From Geosiphon pyriformis uo1 (lineage: Eukaryota > Fungi > Glomeromycota), in contig JAAOMT010000512.1 of assembly GCA_016748015.1 (NCBI GenBank), forward strand, positions 1,870,893-1,934,892: a stretch of DNA of 64,000 nucleotides, written 5' to 3'. The translations under genes and the position numbers were made by a program. The notes below the pieces were generated by a model, which saw nothing but the letters and a program-made list of their open reading frames with translations, searched no databases and was not told the origin of the DNA. This document shows positions 38,201-52,692 of this stretch, piece by piece. Every line of letters starts with the position of its first letter. The stretch's first letter is position 1.

Positions 38201-41200
38201 TTGGTGAAATAATTGGGTTTTTTATTAGTACTTTAGAATATGCTTTGAATAATAATAAAATTATGCTCTTTTTCTATCTTCTAATATTTTTGAATTAAAG
38301 ATAATTAATTTAAAATTGTTAAAACTTAGATAGAAGTAACAATCAAAAAATTATTTGCTTTGAACATTAATTTTTTAGCAGTAGAAAACAAATTAACAAT
38401 AGTAAAAACTTAAACAATTAAGAAATTGTACTTATTAGTTAATAATTTTAGAAGAATTACTATCTTTTTAAAATTTAAAAAAATAATTAAATCTATATTT
38501 ATATTAGAAAAAAGCATAAAAAAAGCCACATTATTGGTTAAAAAAAAGAGTATTAATATAAACAATAATCTTAAAAAACAAAAATTCTATTTAGATTAAA
38601 CTATAATAATTAAAAAAATTCTTATAAATACATTAAAGGAAATAATTATTACAGCTTTTTTTGAGTTTGGTTAAGTAGTATTAATTTAATTATAATTTAT
38701 TAAGCTGTAATAAAAGACTAATAAAATATGCTAAATTGAATTAAACTGATTAGCTAGCATTAAAATAATTATTTTTAATTGAGAAAAATTCAGTATACAT
38801 AACCAAAACTGTAAAAAATTATAATATTTGGATGTTAAAAAATTAATTTAAAGTGTTTTTGTTTACTTTGTTTATGAGAAAAATTGCTTATAACTTTGGT
38901 GTTTTGTTAAAAAAAACTAATAGAAAAACTTATATAATTAATTAATTATTTAATACTAATAATAGGATTTATTGTACTATAAAAAATTTTAGATTAAAGA
39001 AAGATTTGAAATTAGTATTTTACATAAAGCCAATTTTAGATAATATAAAGTTATTTGGATTAAAATGAATTTGGGTTGTTATAAAAAGTATAGATATATT
39101 AAACATTCTATTTTTGAATACAATATTGCTGATTTGTCTGTTTTTTTATTAAAAAAGTTTATAAGAAGTTTTTTTTTACTAAAAATTATCTTTAATTGAT
39201 CTATTTCTATTTAAAAAAAATGTTTTTATTTTATGATTTGCAGCTTTTGGTAACAAATTTTGAATATAAGTAATATTTTTAACTATTGTTTTTATTATAA
39301 TTTATAATAGTTTTCTTATTGAATATTCTTTTTTTAAAGTTTTTTCTTTTAGTTTAAGTTGTTTTTTGTTGTAGCTTGTCTCTATTATTAATATTTATTT
39401 GAATTTTTTGAAATGATTTTTAAAGCTTTTAGTTAATTAAATTTCTGGTATTTTTTATAGACTAGAAAATATAAATTTTGCTTTTTAGGTGTTTACTACT
39501 TTTTTTTTCAATGAAAATACTGGTTTTTAGTCTAGAATTTGATTTAAACTTGGTTATAGATAGCTTATATAAAATGCTTTTTTCTATATTAAATACAAAA
39601 AAATCATTTATTATAAATAGCTACTCAATAAATACAATACCAAAATATTTAAAAAAATAATAAATATCAAAAAAAATAAAGATATTTAAAACACAAAATA
39701 TTAAAATATTATAAATAAAGTAAAACATTAACAATAAATTTTTTATAAAAAAAAATAAAAATTCAAAAACACTTTAATTATGCTAATCAAAAAATTATTT
39801 ACTAAACTAATTTTTAATTTAATAAAAAATTACAAAAAATAATTAGAAGACCAACTTGAAATCTGCAAGTTTAAAAACTTATAATTAAATAGATAACCAA
39901 AAATTTTGTCTGTATTTAAAAATGTAATCATTAAAGTTATCTTGTTTTTAGTTTATATTTGTTTAAATATCTTTAATTTATACAAAAAATAATAATAAAT
40001 AGTCTTATTAAAAAAGTTTTTAAATAAACCAAACTTTTTTTTAAAATTTTTCTTAATAAGAACATTTTATTTATAATATATACTCTTAAAAATAAAACTG
40101 AATTGTGTTTTATAATTAATTATTGGTTATAAAATAGTTAACACTAAGTATAAAAATTATTTGTTTGTAATAATTTTTTTTAAAACTATATTTGTAAAAA
40201 ACTTAATATTTAAATAAGTTTTAACCAAATTAGACTTAAACAAACCAAAAAACAATAGAAAAATATTCAAATATTTATAAAATTTATTTTTTTTGCAATT
40301 AAAATTAACAAGTTATTAATAAATAAATATAATGTCTTTATCTAATAATTAATAAAATTTACTATAATCTTATTATTATTAATTGAAATATTATTAATCT
40401 TAAAAAATTTATTCACAATATTTAAAATATACTATATGGCAGCTTAACTGTTTTTTACCCAAATTGTATTATTAATAAAAACACCAATTACAAAAAAAAT
40501 AACAAACCAGTTTAGTTCTTGATTTTTTTAAATTTAATAACAAACTTAATATTAATTTTATATTTATACAGATTTTTTTGCCTTTTAATTTTGCATAAAA
40601 AAAAATCATAAAAAATTTTCTACAAAAGCAATAAAAAATTTTTACTTTAATCTAAGCTATTATGTATTTTGTATTCTTTTGTCAAATTAAATCTGTTATA
40701 ATTTAGTTAATTTTGTCATTGTAAATATTGCTAAAAAAATAAATAAACTTATTATATATCTTAATCTGAAACAAATTTTTTCTTAAATAATATTATCCAA
40801 CAAAGTTATAAGTTTATACATATCTTATAAAACTAACTAAAGTTTATAATTTTTTTTAAAGTATTTTTTATCATGAAATTAATTATAAAAATTAGAAACT
40901 TAATTGTAGTGTTTTTAAAAACTAAGAAATTATTATTATAAAAAATATCAAACTTATTACATACTAAAAAAATTTTGTCTAAAAAAATCTTAAAAAAAAT
41001 CTTTTAAAAAGTTTTAATTAAAATAATAGATTAATTATTTATTAAAATTTCTTTCTATTTATATGGTTTAAAATTTAAACTTTTCTTTAAAATATAAAAA
41101 CTAACTTATTAATTAATATATATATTTAAAAAATTCAAAAATATATATAATACAAAAACATTATAATGCTTTTAAAGTTTATTAAAAATATTAGACAAAT

Positions 41201-44200
41201 TAGCAATCTTTTGTTAACTCTTTAATAAAAAAATTAATTTTTTCTATTTTAATCAAAGTTTTTTTTTTATTAAGGAGTTTTTTGATTATATTAAACATTT
41301 TATCAAAACCAATAATAATTATAACTTTAAAAAAAGCATTATTATTTATATAATCTAAAAATAAATATTAATACTATTACAAATTAAGAATATTCTTTAA
41401 AACAGTTTTTTTTTGGTCTAATTTTCTATAATAATATTTATTTTAATCTAAACATTATTAAGAACTAGAATTAATTTATTGTTTATAATTAAGTAATTTA
41501 AAATTATTTTTCAAAATAGATGTTTTAAAATATTTTTAATAGTATAATTTTTATTAAATATAATAATTTTTATATATTTAAAAATAGTAGATCTGATTTT
41601 TATTTTTTTTACTTGTAATAACTTTTTAAGCTTAAATATATAATACAATTTTTTAATATTATACAGAACAAAATAAATATTATCAAAACTTAAACTAGTT
41701 TTCAAAAAAGCTTAAATCTGATTAGTATTTAATTTATTAAGAGATTTTTAGTAATTTATAAATAATTTAAACTTTAATGTTATATTATATTACAAGTTTT
41801 TAACAATTTTAAACACCAAAATTTTCAAATTATGTAATTTAAACAAGGCTTTGGTAAAAACAGTATTATATTTTTTATATTATATTTTTAAAAAAATTAG
41901 CCAAAAGATATATCACTTTTTAAATTATATTTTATATAATATTTAAATTAAAAACCCATTTTAAAAAGACAAAATTAGCCTAAAACAACATACAATTAGT
42001 TAATATTGTATTCTTAAAAAATTGAAATCACTTGGCATTTTCATATTTTTAATATTAAACTTTTACAATTTTTGTTTATTTATTTGCAAAAAAATTCAGT
42101 TTTATATTTAAAAATTTATTTAAACTAATATAAAAACAATTTAATAATTAGTATTAAAGAAATCATTAATATTTATTATATTTTTGTTAACTACTGTATT
42201 AATAAAACTAGTAAAAATAAAAATAAGTCAATTTTTTTTATTATATCTTTAAAATTTGCTTATATAGTAGCTTTAAAAATTGTATTTTTATCAAAAAATT
42301 TATTAAATTCAAATTTTGGCATTTTTTAAAATAAATACTTTTTTGAAACTTATTTTTATTAAAATTATTACCAAAAATTACAAAAAAAAATTAATTAATA
42401 TATTTTGTTTAATTAAAATGTGTTGTTATAGCTGTACTAATATATAACTCTAAAATAGAAACAAAAAGTTTGTTTTTAAAAAACAATCTAATTAATAAAA
42501 GATAATTATTTATTTTAGTAATCTTATATATATGTCTAATTAAATTATTGTTTATAATAATAAGTATGTTAAAATTTAAATAACCAAAATTTAAACCAAA
42601 AGTATATATTTAAATACTATTAAATTTGTTTATAATTTATAAATAAATATTGTATCTTAGTTTTGTTTTTATAAAAATAGAAATAAAATTTTTTTTACTC
42701 TTATATTATTTAATTATATCTTTTTTTTGCAGAATTATTTATATTTTTAATATTACATATAATAATTTTCCAAATAAGTTCAGTTATTAAAAAAAAAGAT
42801 AAATATACCAAAAACCAAAATTAATCTATTAAATTTTATTGTTAAATTTATTATAAATGCAAACAAATTATTAATTAAATCTCTGATTTTATTATGTTTA
42901 AAAGTGCCAAAAAAAGTAATGTCATTATAGTTTTATTAATAATAATTACATTTAAATTTATTATTATTATTATATTATTTACCTGATTTTGTAATAAAAA
43001 AATCATTAGTAGTTGACATCTAAAACTAAACTAAAAAATTATTGACATAAATATGTTTAAGCTCTTAGCCAACTTATTAATCTGTTTTATAAAGCTGACA
43101 AAACTATATTTCAAATTACAATCATAACTTTAAATTATATAATATTAACAAAAAAAAATTAATAATATTAATTAAATTAAAATCAAAATCAGAAAAAAAA
43201 TTTTAATGTAAAATATACCAACAACAAAAGCTCAAAATTTGCTACCAAAAACTATTAAATATAAGACAGAAGTCAATCTTTTTACATAAATTATTATTAA
43301 TCTAAGCTAGTTTAAACTTAATAATAAAGCTTTTTTTATTTAATAATATATTTGTTTATAGTTAATTTACAATTAATAAAAATATAACCAATTTTACTAT
43401 AAAATAAGTAAATTATTAAGATCAAACAAAACCAGCAAAGTATAATACTTTTTATAATTAAAATTATAAATACAGTTTTATTTAAACTGTTTTTTGAATT
43501 TAAATAAACAAAAATATATTTAGCATAAAAATAGTTAACAAAATTACAATTTATAATACAAGTTTTTTACTAATTAAACCAATAAAATTTTAAAGATTAT
43601 AAGCAATTGTGTTTATTGAAAAATATAAAATAAAACTCTATAAATATTTTTTAAATTTTATAAATGTTTATTAATATTGGCTTTAATCATATAAACTGTA
43701 TTTTTTTTAATAAAAATAGACTACTAAAATATTAAAAAATTGATTTGTTTTTGATTATTTAATTTAATTATAGCTTTTTACTATAGTTTTATTAATTATA
43801 TTTTAATTAATTTAAAATTAGTTAATATAGTTTATACAATCTTTATTAATGTTTTTACAAGAATTTTTTTTAAGATTATTGTCTAATTTATGTGGTTGTT
43901 TACCAGTTTTTTAAAATTAGTATTTATTACAATACCAGAATTATTTATCAAATTCATTAAAGTTATTATTACTTTTTTAAAAATAAAAAATACTTAAATT
44001 ATCTCACCAAATTTCAAAAGAATAGAAATTTTTTCAAAACTATTTACATTAAAAAAAAATTCTTAATAGTCTTTAATTTTTTCTGAGCAAGTTTTTTAAT
44101 TACTGCTAAAAAATTAATATCTAAAATAAAAAATTTACAAACTAGAATATTAATTAAAGACTTTAAAAAAAAGATAAAAAAATTTAAAGGTATTTAAAAT

Positions 44201-45600
44201 ATTATTATTATCATTATTAAAATTAATTTTGCCAAAAAACTTTTTAAGAATCTATTTTATTATTATTTTTTTGGGTTTTTAAATATTATATCAATATTTT
44301 TAGAACTTAATTCATCCTTATTGTTAATATAAAAGCTGGTTTTTTTGATTAAATATTTTTGTTCTATGTTTATATTATTAATTTATATTATATTGTTTAT
44401 ATTTAAATCTTAAAAAGTCTTACTTATATTAATAATTGGCTTTTTTAGCATATTACTTTTATGTTTTTTATGAGCTATTAGCTTTATTGTAATTAAACTA
44501 GCATTAAATTTTTTTTTTATTAAAACTGTTAATATTATATTATTAAAAAAAAAGATTTAAAAAAGTAATATTAAATATTAAAATATAAAATAAAACAGAA
44601 AAACTTTTTTAAAAAACTTTCTTTTTGGAAAATTTGAAATATATAAAATAAAGAAGTTTTTTTAATATTATATAAATTTAAATTGAAAATATTAAAATTT
44701 AAGTTGTAAAATTTATTTAAGTTAATAAAATTTATAAGTAAAAAAATTGAATTTACCAAAATAAATTTTATTATAAATATTAAAACTTATTTTATTTTTT
44801 TAAATATTCAAATTAAATATATTTTTAATTTAGTTACTGGTTTGTTTAAAAGTTTTATTTAGTTTAAAAATAAATACAAATATTATTTTTTAAATATTTA
44901 TAATATAACTAATTAATTAATTATAATTTACAATAAAAAAATTTATTTAATTCAAATTATTATAAATATTATAATTTTTTATTAAATTAAAATTAATTAT
45001 AAATTTATTATGCTAATTATTATGTAAATATTTAAAAATATTAAAAATTTTTAAATAAGTTAAATTTTGTAAAATTAATTTTATATATTTTTTTTAAGAC
45101 ATTTTTAATAAAAAAATATTTAAAATTAAAAAGTTATTGTATTTAAGCATATTATTTTAATTTGCAAGTATTTTAAACAGTTTTTAATAATATAATTGGC
45201 TTGATTTTATTGTCATTATTAGAATTTATTAATATTTTGTTACATTTTTAATTAATATAATTTATTTATTAAAAATTATGTATCAGTGTTTTTAAAAAAA
45301 AAAGCTTTTAATAACTTATTATTAAAACTATTATTATATAAAACAATTATTTAAAACATAAATGATAATAATATATTGCTTGAATTATTGTATGTTTTTG
45401 GTAATAAATTAAAAAATAGTTTTGTCAAAACAGACCAATATAAAAAGCTTGTTGTTAAACTTGTTTTTATTTATTGCTAGCATACTTGTATTTACAGTTA
45501 TTGTAATTTTTTCAAGTACACTTTTTTTAAAAAAGCTTTTTGTAAAGTTTAACAAAAAATATATTATTAATGATGTATTTTTCAATAAGGAATTTATGTT
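35218..45600. mobile_element. Terminally AT-decayed repeat field: LINE-like ORF1/APE remnants (+: ~35.8-37.35 kb, ~37.8-39.6 kb), probable minus-strand LINE ORF2 (~40-44.6 kb) and an LTR fragment
   Basis: Decayed APE-like motif (A-x-x-N-I...VETKL ~37125-37190) and ORF1-like KKxFALNIN..AVE (~38345). CpG is almost absent and AT content is extreme. Internal boundaries are uncertain. Confidence 0.5.
37361..37790 (-). mobile_element. Truncated LTR fragment of the A/C group
   Basis: Decayed U5 end (tattataag), the conserved ttttttgtataataaacaaaaatt block, A-tract and hairpin remnant at ~37723-37750. Confidence 0.5.
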
Positions 45601-47549
45601 TTATGCATTTTATTAATGTGTATTTCATTTCAAACCAAGAAATATTGAACTAAAAAGCAATAGTTTTACTTATATAGTTATCTAAGTAAAGAATCCAAAT
45701 GTTAAACTAAAAGACAGTAGTGTTTCATGAAAACTTACGGCATGAAATATTTTCAACATTAGAGGGTTTAAGTTTCTGAAGTCAAACAAACAATATGATA
45801 TTGTAAATGCTCTACTTGTTATTTTGAAAGCATATGTTGACCCATTTGGGAAGGAGTGGAATGGGAATAAACGAAGAGAGAAGATTGCAACATTTTTTCC
45901 TTTTTGGCGTAAAACAAAAAATATTATGTAATGTAAAAATTTACATGTTTCATCTGATAATTTTTAATAATTTTCTTAATGATGAAATATTTGCCTATAA
46001 CTTATTCATTTTTCTTGCGGATTCAATTTGAGTAGACCTTAAGTCGAAAATATCTAAACTTACTTTCAAATAATTTTCTATGAACTAACTCATTTGAACT
46101 TTAAATATTTTTATTATTAGGAATTCAAAGATAGGGTCTTTCAAAATATAAAGCATGATGAATTCAAACTCTGTTTCAATTTTTATATCATCGACATTTT
46201 GGTTTAAAAAAAATTCCAAGAGAGTTGGATAGATTTCAAATAAACATGAAAATTTTCTAAACCAGGATATCAAACCATACTTTTCAATCCATTCAAAGTT
46301 TCTTTTGTCTTGATGATGCATATATTTATCAAAATTGTAATAATTCTTCGATATCTGAGGAACAAAGACGAAGAAAGTATGGTTAGTTTTAACTTTAAAA
46401 AAATGTGAAAATAATTTTTTCTTTAGGAACGCAACAATCCAGGGTAATTATTTGACAACGTTTCAAACGAAATGAAACCTATCTCGGAACAGAATGGGTG
46501 AGATGGGAATCGTTCAACTTCTTTATTCAGAAAGTAATTTATTATTTCAAGCTTTTAATTCTTTTTATTACCAATAAAAAATATAATTATCTATGGATCT
46601 CTTTCAAAAAAAAAAGGTTTTATTATGGAACATTACTTCTTTACTCTAATTATTTTATTTTTTGTTGATAGTCATTTTCAAGAAAAATATAAGAAGCATT
46701 AATCTTATAAAGATGACGGTTGTAGATACTCTTGGATAAGAATTTAAACGATGATTCAGACGGTGAAAGCCGATATTGAATTAATTCCCATTTTGGAATA
46801 ATTGGCTCCAAATAGATAAGTGTTTTGAATTTCTGACTCGACAAAATAATTATACATTGGATAATCATGTCCGTTTACGGGATATTTCTGTTTGATTTAA
46901 AATTTTTTCAAGAGATTATTAACTCCCGAACCTCATGGTTTTCTTTTGATTGAATGAAATGTAATAAAATGCGGTTTAAAATTTCCTATTAAAAGGAGAA
47001 AAATTTGTTTACAATGAGAAAAATTTAATCTCGCATCATCCCATAAAACCTTCATCAAAATCCCAAGAAATAATCCTTTTCTTTTTTATACTCCTTTGGT
47101 GAGTGTCCATTTTATCAAAAAGAAAGTTTTAAGATTCTAAGGCTAAGATAGATTAAGTGCAAGAGAAACAATCACAAAGGGCCAGTCTTCTCTAAATCTA
47201 ACTTATTTTCAGAAGTGAAATTTATTGATATTGAACTAATTCTGAACAAGTTCCAACTTTCGATCAAAGCGATGCAAAAGTGAGAAAGTGAAATTCCCGA
47301 AACCCTACTTTTTTGCAACCTGAATGTATCAATTCGGATCATTCTGACAGGAATCTATCAATGATTCCCTTATTATATTATTCTTCTTTTGAAGGCTATA
47401 ATTAAATTCCCTGCAAGGACAATATTTTCTAAATCCAACCTACCAACTTAATTTAACCGTATTTCGATTATAATTTTTTAATTCTCAATAAAAATTACTT
47501 AACAATGACCAAAGATTGACTCAAAATAGAAAGCCGTAGTGTACAAGCC

Positions 47550-49202
47550 ATGGGGGATAAAAGAGATAATTTTTCAAAAATTTCCCCGCTAATTAAACGG
47601 TGGGACGTTTTCAAGAACAAAAGTGATAGAGATATATCCCGTGAAACCGTTGATGATAAACCGAACTCGAAGTCATTCATCGAAGGGGAAGAAGAGGATC
47701 AACCTTTATGTAAAATTGTCAATAGTAAAAGCCGAAAAAAGAAGCGGAGAAGCCGAGTCAAGTCCGCAAAATTGTATAATGTAATTCAAATGGTAGTGGA
47801 AGAAAAAGAGGGTAAATCTTAAAAAAAAAGCTTTAAACAAAATCAGAATAACTTGAAAAAGCCTCCAGTGTCACCTGATGGAAATGAGTCTCATATTTTA
47901 ATAAAAAAAGAAGAGGAGGACATACCTCTGAAAGAAATTTTCAACCAAAAAAAACAAAAGCTAAACCAGGGCAATCCGAAAAAGATTTCAGGGATATCTA
48001 CTAAAAATCGGACTCACATTCTAAAAGACGAGGATCAACCGTTAAGCAAAAGAGTCAAACAAAAAAGGGGAAAGATTTCAATAGAAGAGAGTCCTTTGAA
48101 AAGTAATGTGGAATCAGTGATTGGGACAACTTACGTTTCTAGTCTTCAGTCTCTTAATGAGATGCTGAAAATAAAAAAAATGTCCTTAATTGAAGGAAAT
48201 GTCGGTATGGAACATTCAATCTCGGTAAATAACTTGCTTAGGAATACTGTGGAAGATGGAAAACCTATATTGAATTTTAATGAAGAACCAAAGGTTAGCA
48301 GCTCAATGACCAGTACGATTCAGATAGTAGAAGATGCGAATCAAGATGAGGATCAACCTCTGTATGAACTACTCAAAGAAAAACGAAAAAGGCATCAAAC
48401 GGAAGATAGTGCTGAAGAATTGGAAAAAGTATCGCGTAATAGTCGTACAATATATCACGTTAAGAAAAGAAGACATTGGTCAAAAGAAGATGAAGATAAA
48501 TTAATCACCGGAGTTGGAGAGTACGGTAAAAACCAAATGGAAAAAATTGCACGCGAGTACTTTGGCAACCAAAGGACCATAAAAAGCTTGGGGGCACATT
48601 GGTATGAAATGGAGCATCCAGAATGCGCAAACAAAAAGAGGGAGGTGACAGCTAAAGGTAATCGGAAAGAGAGAAATGATCGATACTGGTCTCAAGAAGA
48701 TATTTACAAACTTCGCACTGTGGCAAAAGAGTTTAAAAATCAATGGAAAACAATATCCAAGAAATATTTTGCCAAAACAAGAAGTCCGAAATCTCTTTGT
48801 TCAAAATGGTATAGGTTACAAAATCCTGTGGAAGCGAGACCTTGGACCGAGGAACAGGATAAGCGTTTAGAAAAGTTGGTAATGAAATATGGAGTAGAAA
48901 GGTGGAAAAAGATGGTAAATCTTTTTCCTGGAAGAAACTCGGACCAATTATACAACCGATGGGACGTCTTTTGCCAAGAGAAGGCCAGACCATGGCCAGA
49001 AGAAGAGAGAAAGAAGTTATTGAGTTTAGTGGAGGTTTATGGAAAAGACCGGAAGCGAATTTCCCAAGAAATCTCCCGTACCCCAAAACGAATAGCTATT
49101 TTTTATGAAAAGTTGGAATCCCAAATTGGATGGCCACTAGTGAAATTATTTGGAAGTCATAATAGTAAATATAAAGTCATCTATTCAATTAGATCGAATT
49201 AA
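47550..49202 (+). CDS. Myb/SANT-repeat DNA-binding protein (4 repeats) with a long basic/acidic N-terminus
   Basis: Repeats HWSKEDEDKL..., YWSQEDIYKL..., PWTEEQDKRL...GRNSDQLYNRW and PWPEEERKKL. ORFs 47550 and 47853 are in frame and separated by one TAA (possible intron 47781-47846). Confidence 0.85.
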
Positions 49203-49817
49203 TTATTATTCACGCTTGAAGTTTCGTGTTTTATAATTTTTATTTCGGAGGAAATTAGTTTAACTAAAAGTACTCAAAAAAGCTTAAAAAGGTTTAAATT
49301 TCAACTCTCACTTTTTACCGTCAATTTAATTTGATACTGAACCACCTTTAAAATTATCCATTTACTTCTTAACCATAATCAAATTCGGTAAACACTATAA
49401 AAAAAAATTCAAATCATAAAAGTTGAGAATGTGACAACCACCAACACAAGTCAAAGGAAATGTATGATTGTCAACGAACCTGAAGAAAGTTGAAGATTTT
49501 CCAAGAATCTGGCTTTAAATCCTTTTAGTGCTTATTGTCAGAGTGTAACACTTGATAAAAAGAAGAAAAATCCTTAAATCTTTATTTCTTGAGTTTTTGC
49601 ATGCCTTGTAAAAAAGTCTACAATTAATCAATCAACACTTCGAATTTAAAGAAATTACCCTATCAATACAAAGGAATAAAAGCTAAATTAGACCATACAA
49701 CATAAAAATATATATTATCCATTTCGTACAAAAACGGTGCGAAGCTAATTGTTAGTTTTGGCCAAAAATAAACAAATTCAAGCTTTTTTAATTTTGAAAC
49801 AAAGGCAAATTCCCACT

Positions 49818-51925
49818 TTATTCCCCCATAGCCACGACTCCTTCGTTATTTTTCCCAGCAGATTCCACACTGGAATCACTGGAGTCACTTGAAGTCTCGA
49901 CGTCCGACTCCAAATAGAGATTAATAGATTCATCATAATTAGAGATTGGCGGAAGATTTTGGCTTCCTTCTGGGCGCATTGAATTTAATAAATTTGTGGA
50001 TTGATTACTTTTAGGCTCCAATGGAAAACTCTTCCTTCCTTTCGGTAGGCTTGGCTGTGAATTCAACGGAATTCTTGGTTCTTGATGATTATTATTTGCT
50101 GGTAATGAAATTTGTGGGATATTGGTCTGGGAAATAAATTTTTTAGTGTTGTATGGATCTATGTTATCAAAAAATGTGGCTTTATGTCTCTCGGGAATAG
50201 TTTGAGGAGATTGAGCATATCTGAGAAAACTATGAGTATTATCCAGTATTACTCCTCTTTGGGGAGAGAAATCTTGTGGATAAGAGGTCGTTAAATTGGT
50301 TAGGGAATTGGGTGCAAATTTCTCTTGTGAGGAGACAAATTGATTAGATTGAATTTTCAGCTCACTACCCTTTGTGTTAGTGATACCCCCCTCTAGCTGA
50401 TTTTCCCTTATTTGATAGGCTTTTGATGTTCTAAGGTTTATATGCTCAGGTGATTGAGTTTTTGACTGCCTAAAGTTCTTTGCAGCAACCTGTGAGTGTC
50501 TGATTTCGGTGATCACAGTTGATAATGGCCCTGTTACTGGAATGAGTCTTCCCTCATCTTGTCCTATTTGACGAGAATTATTTTTCCTTGCCTTATTCTT
50601 TGAAGAAGCTGGAAGTTGCCTAACTAAGGGAGTCAATTCAAGCAGTTTAGGTTTATTGAATAGTGTATGATGAGATTGATGAGATTGACTCTTCACATAT
50701 GTAAGGCCCTCATTTGAATTCGATCCTGAGATATTTCTCATGACTTCATTCGGAGCGATTAATTGACAAGTAATATGACGTGTTGGCTCAGATTTATATT
50801 GAGGATAAATTTCTTCCACTTCATCAGATCCTGACGAATCAGATTCTATCTCAATTGGATTTTCAAAAGTCCCAATATTAGTAGGAGTCTTATTTTGAGA
50901 GATGGTCCCTAAACCCATCTCCACTTGATTGATTAGGGGAACACATATTGGAGCCTGACCAGGAATAAAACTCTTATGTAAATTTTTGCGATTAATCCAG
51001 CTTTCTAGACGATAATTCAAATGTAGCACTGCTAAAGGTCTATCTTCGTCAACCGTATCCAGAGTTGAGATTCCAGTATTATGAGTGAACACTTCGATCG
51101 GCTCTTCTTGAAAAATAGTAGTGATCTCTACTCCATCGTGAATATAACCGTTTGTTTCTTCGATCCCAGCTTGTTTTAAATCAAAATATCCCATGCCTTC
51201 ATTGTTAATTTTATTCTTGACTGCTTGATAAAAATAAACGGATACTGCGCCCACGCCACCATTTCCTGAATAAATAAAATGGTTTTCTAGCCCACTGTTT
51301 CGAAAAATCCTGGCAAAGTGGAAAGTATAAAATTTTCTACGGTCTGAACTTCGAAACCCACCACGAATCACTGGTTCTGGTTCAAAGAATTCGTGATATC
51401 GGTTGTCATTTTTACCATCCACATAAAGATATGCCTTTATTGGATCATTCTTACTCGCGATACATGCATTGAATTTTACCCCATAATTCAGGAATCCTTG
51501 GGCGAGGTTGAAGGCTTCTATTGGCACCGCAGCATATACATTTGCCCCACTTTCATAAGAGAGATAAAAAGTCAATTGAAAAAATTAATAGTTAAATTTG
51601 GGCTCTTCACTATGTCAAAACAAATTAAAACATTCATGAAACAGTATTTAAAACACATCATAAAAATGATCATACCTTAATCGACGCCCATTAAAACAAT
51701 ACGCGTCTTTAATATATGATGGGCCAGTGGAATAAAACTGAAGAATACATATACATACAAAAGGATTATCTATTTTAAACTCGCCTTCTCCGTGATAATC
51801 GTGTTAAGGAAATAGGTGAGAAAAAAGTTCTTTGAGCTAACCTCACAATCATCACGAGTTTCTGTATATTCAGGAATTGGTCGGCCATTTACCAAGATAC
51901 AAAGTTCAAAATCGCCAAGATGCAT
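49818..51925 (-). CDS. Uncharacterised fungal protein (N-terminal beta-rich domain, DUF7918-like; disordered C-terminus), 3 exons
   Basis: Exons 51925-51842 (MHLGDFELCILVNGRPIPEY...), 51737-51676 and 51549-49818 join in frame with GT-AG introns. The family name is from recall of the ILVNGxPxPEY/YVDG/LxYR pattern and is not verified. Confidence 0.75.
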
Positions 51926-52692
51926 GTTTCAAATATTATCTTTCACATGGAAACAATGTGAAAAGGAGTAAAGGGTTAGAATTGAATTCGAGACAAAAAA
52001 TGGTGGAAATGAATTATCAGGAAAGGAGTTTGAAAATTTTTTCAAAAATATGACAGACAAGAATTGTCTAACGAGTTTAACTAAATTATTCTTCCCATAA
52101 AGGATTTCTTGTAGAAATTAATTAACTCTAAACTTTGTTTGGGCTCAAATCTTAACGTGAATTACGTGTCATTCAAAAACTGTGACAATTGAACTTTATC
52201 ATTATCAGTGCCATAGGTGTTAAATGTTATAAGTTTAAATGATAAAGATTATTTGTAATGAAGTGGACATGTGATGTCGTGTAGTCTTACAATGTTATAT
52301 TCTTTTAAAAATGAATTTTTTAAAAACATGAACAAATAAGATTTTCCAATTAATTAATCTTTGTAATTGTTTCAACTTTTTTTTTTAGCTCTCAATTCTG
52401 ACCCCTTTCAAGGAATATGGAAATACCAGAATATCAATGATTCAGGCTAAGCTGAAGCTTGAAAACAATTTCAGCATTCTGATTTTATTATCTCACGAAG
52501 GGAATAAAAGAAAAATAATGATTTCGAGAAATTATTCCCAAGATCATATTAAAAAATTAATTTAATATCGCAAAAGTCCCCCTCAAACAATATTTTAAGG
52601 GAAAAGAAATTAAGTAAACAACCATTCAGTAGATCAAAAATTTTTAATAGTTTTGACCTCATATTAAAGAGAAAACTTTAATATAAATACAA

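Noticed and set aside
35218-45600. Organellar insertion or genuine short genes in the AT-rich field
   Set aside because: No rRNA, tRNA or respiratory-gene motifs; the short Ile/Lys/Phe/Asn ORFs are expected by chance, and LINE/LTR remnants are visible.
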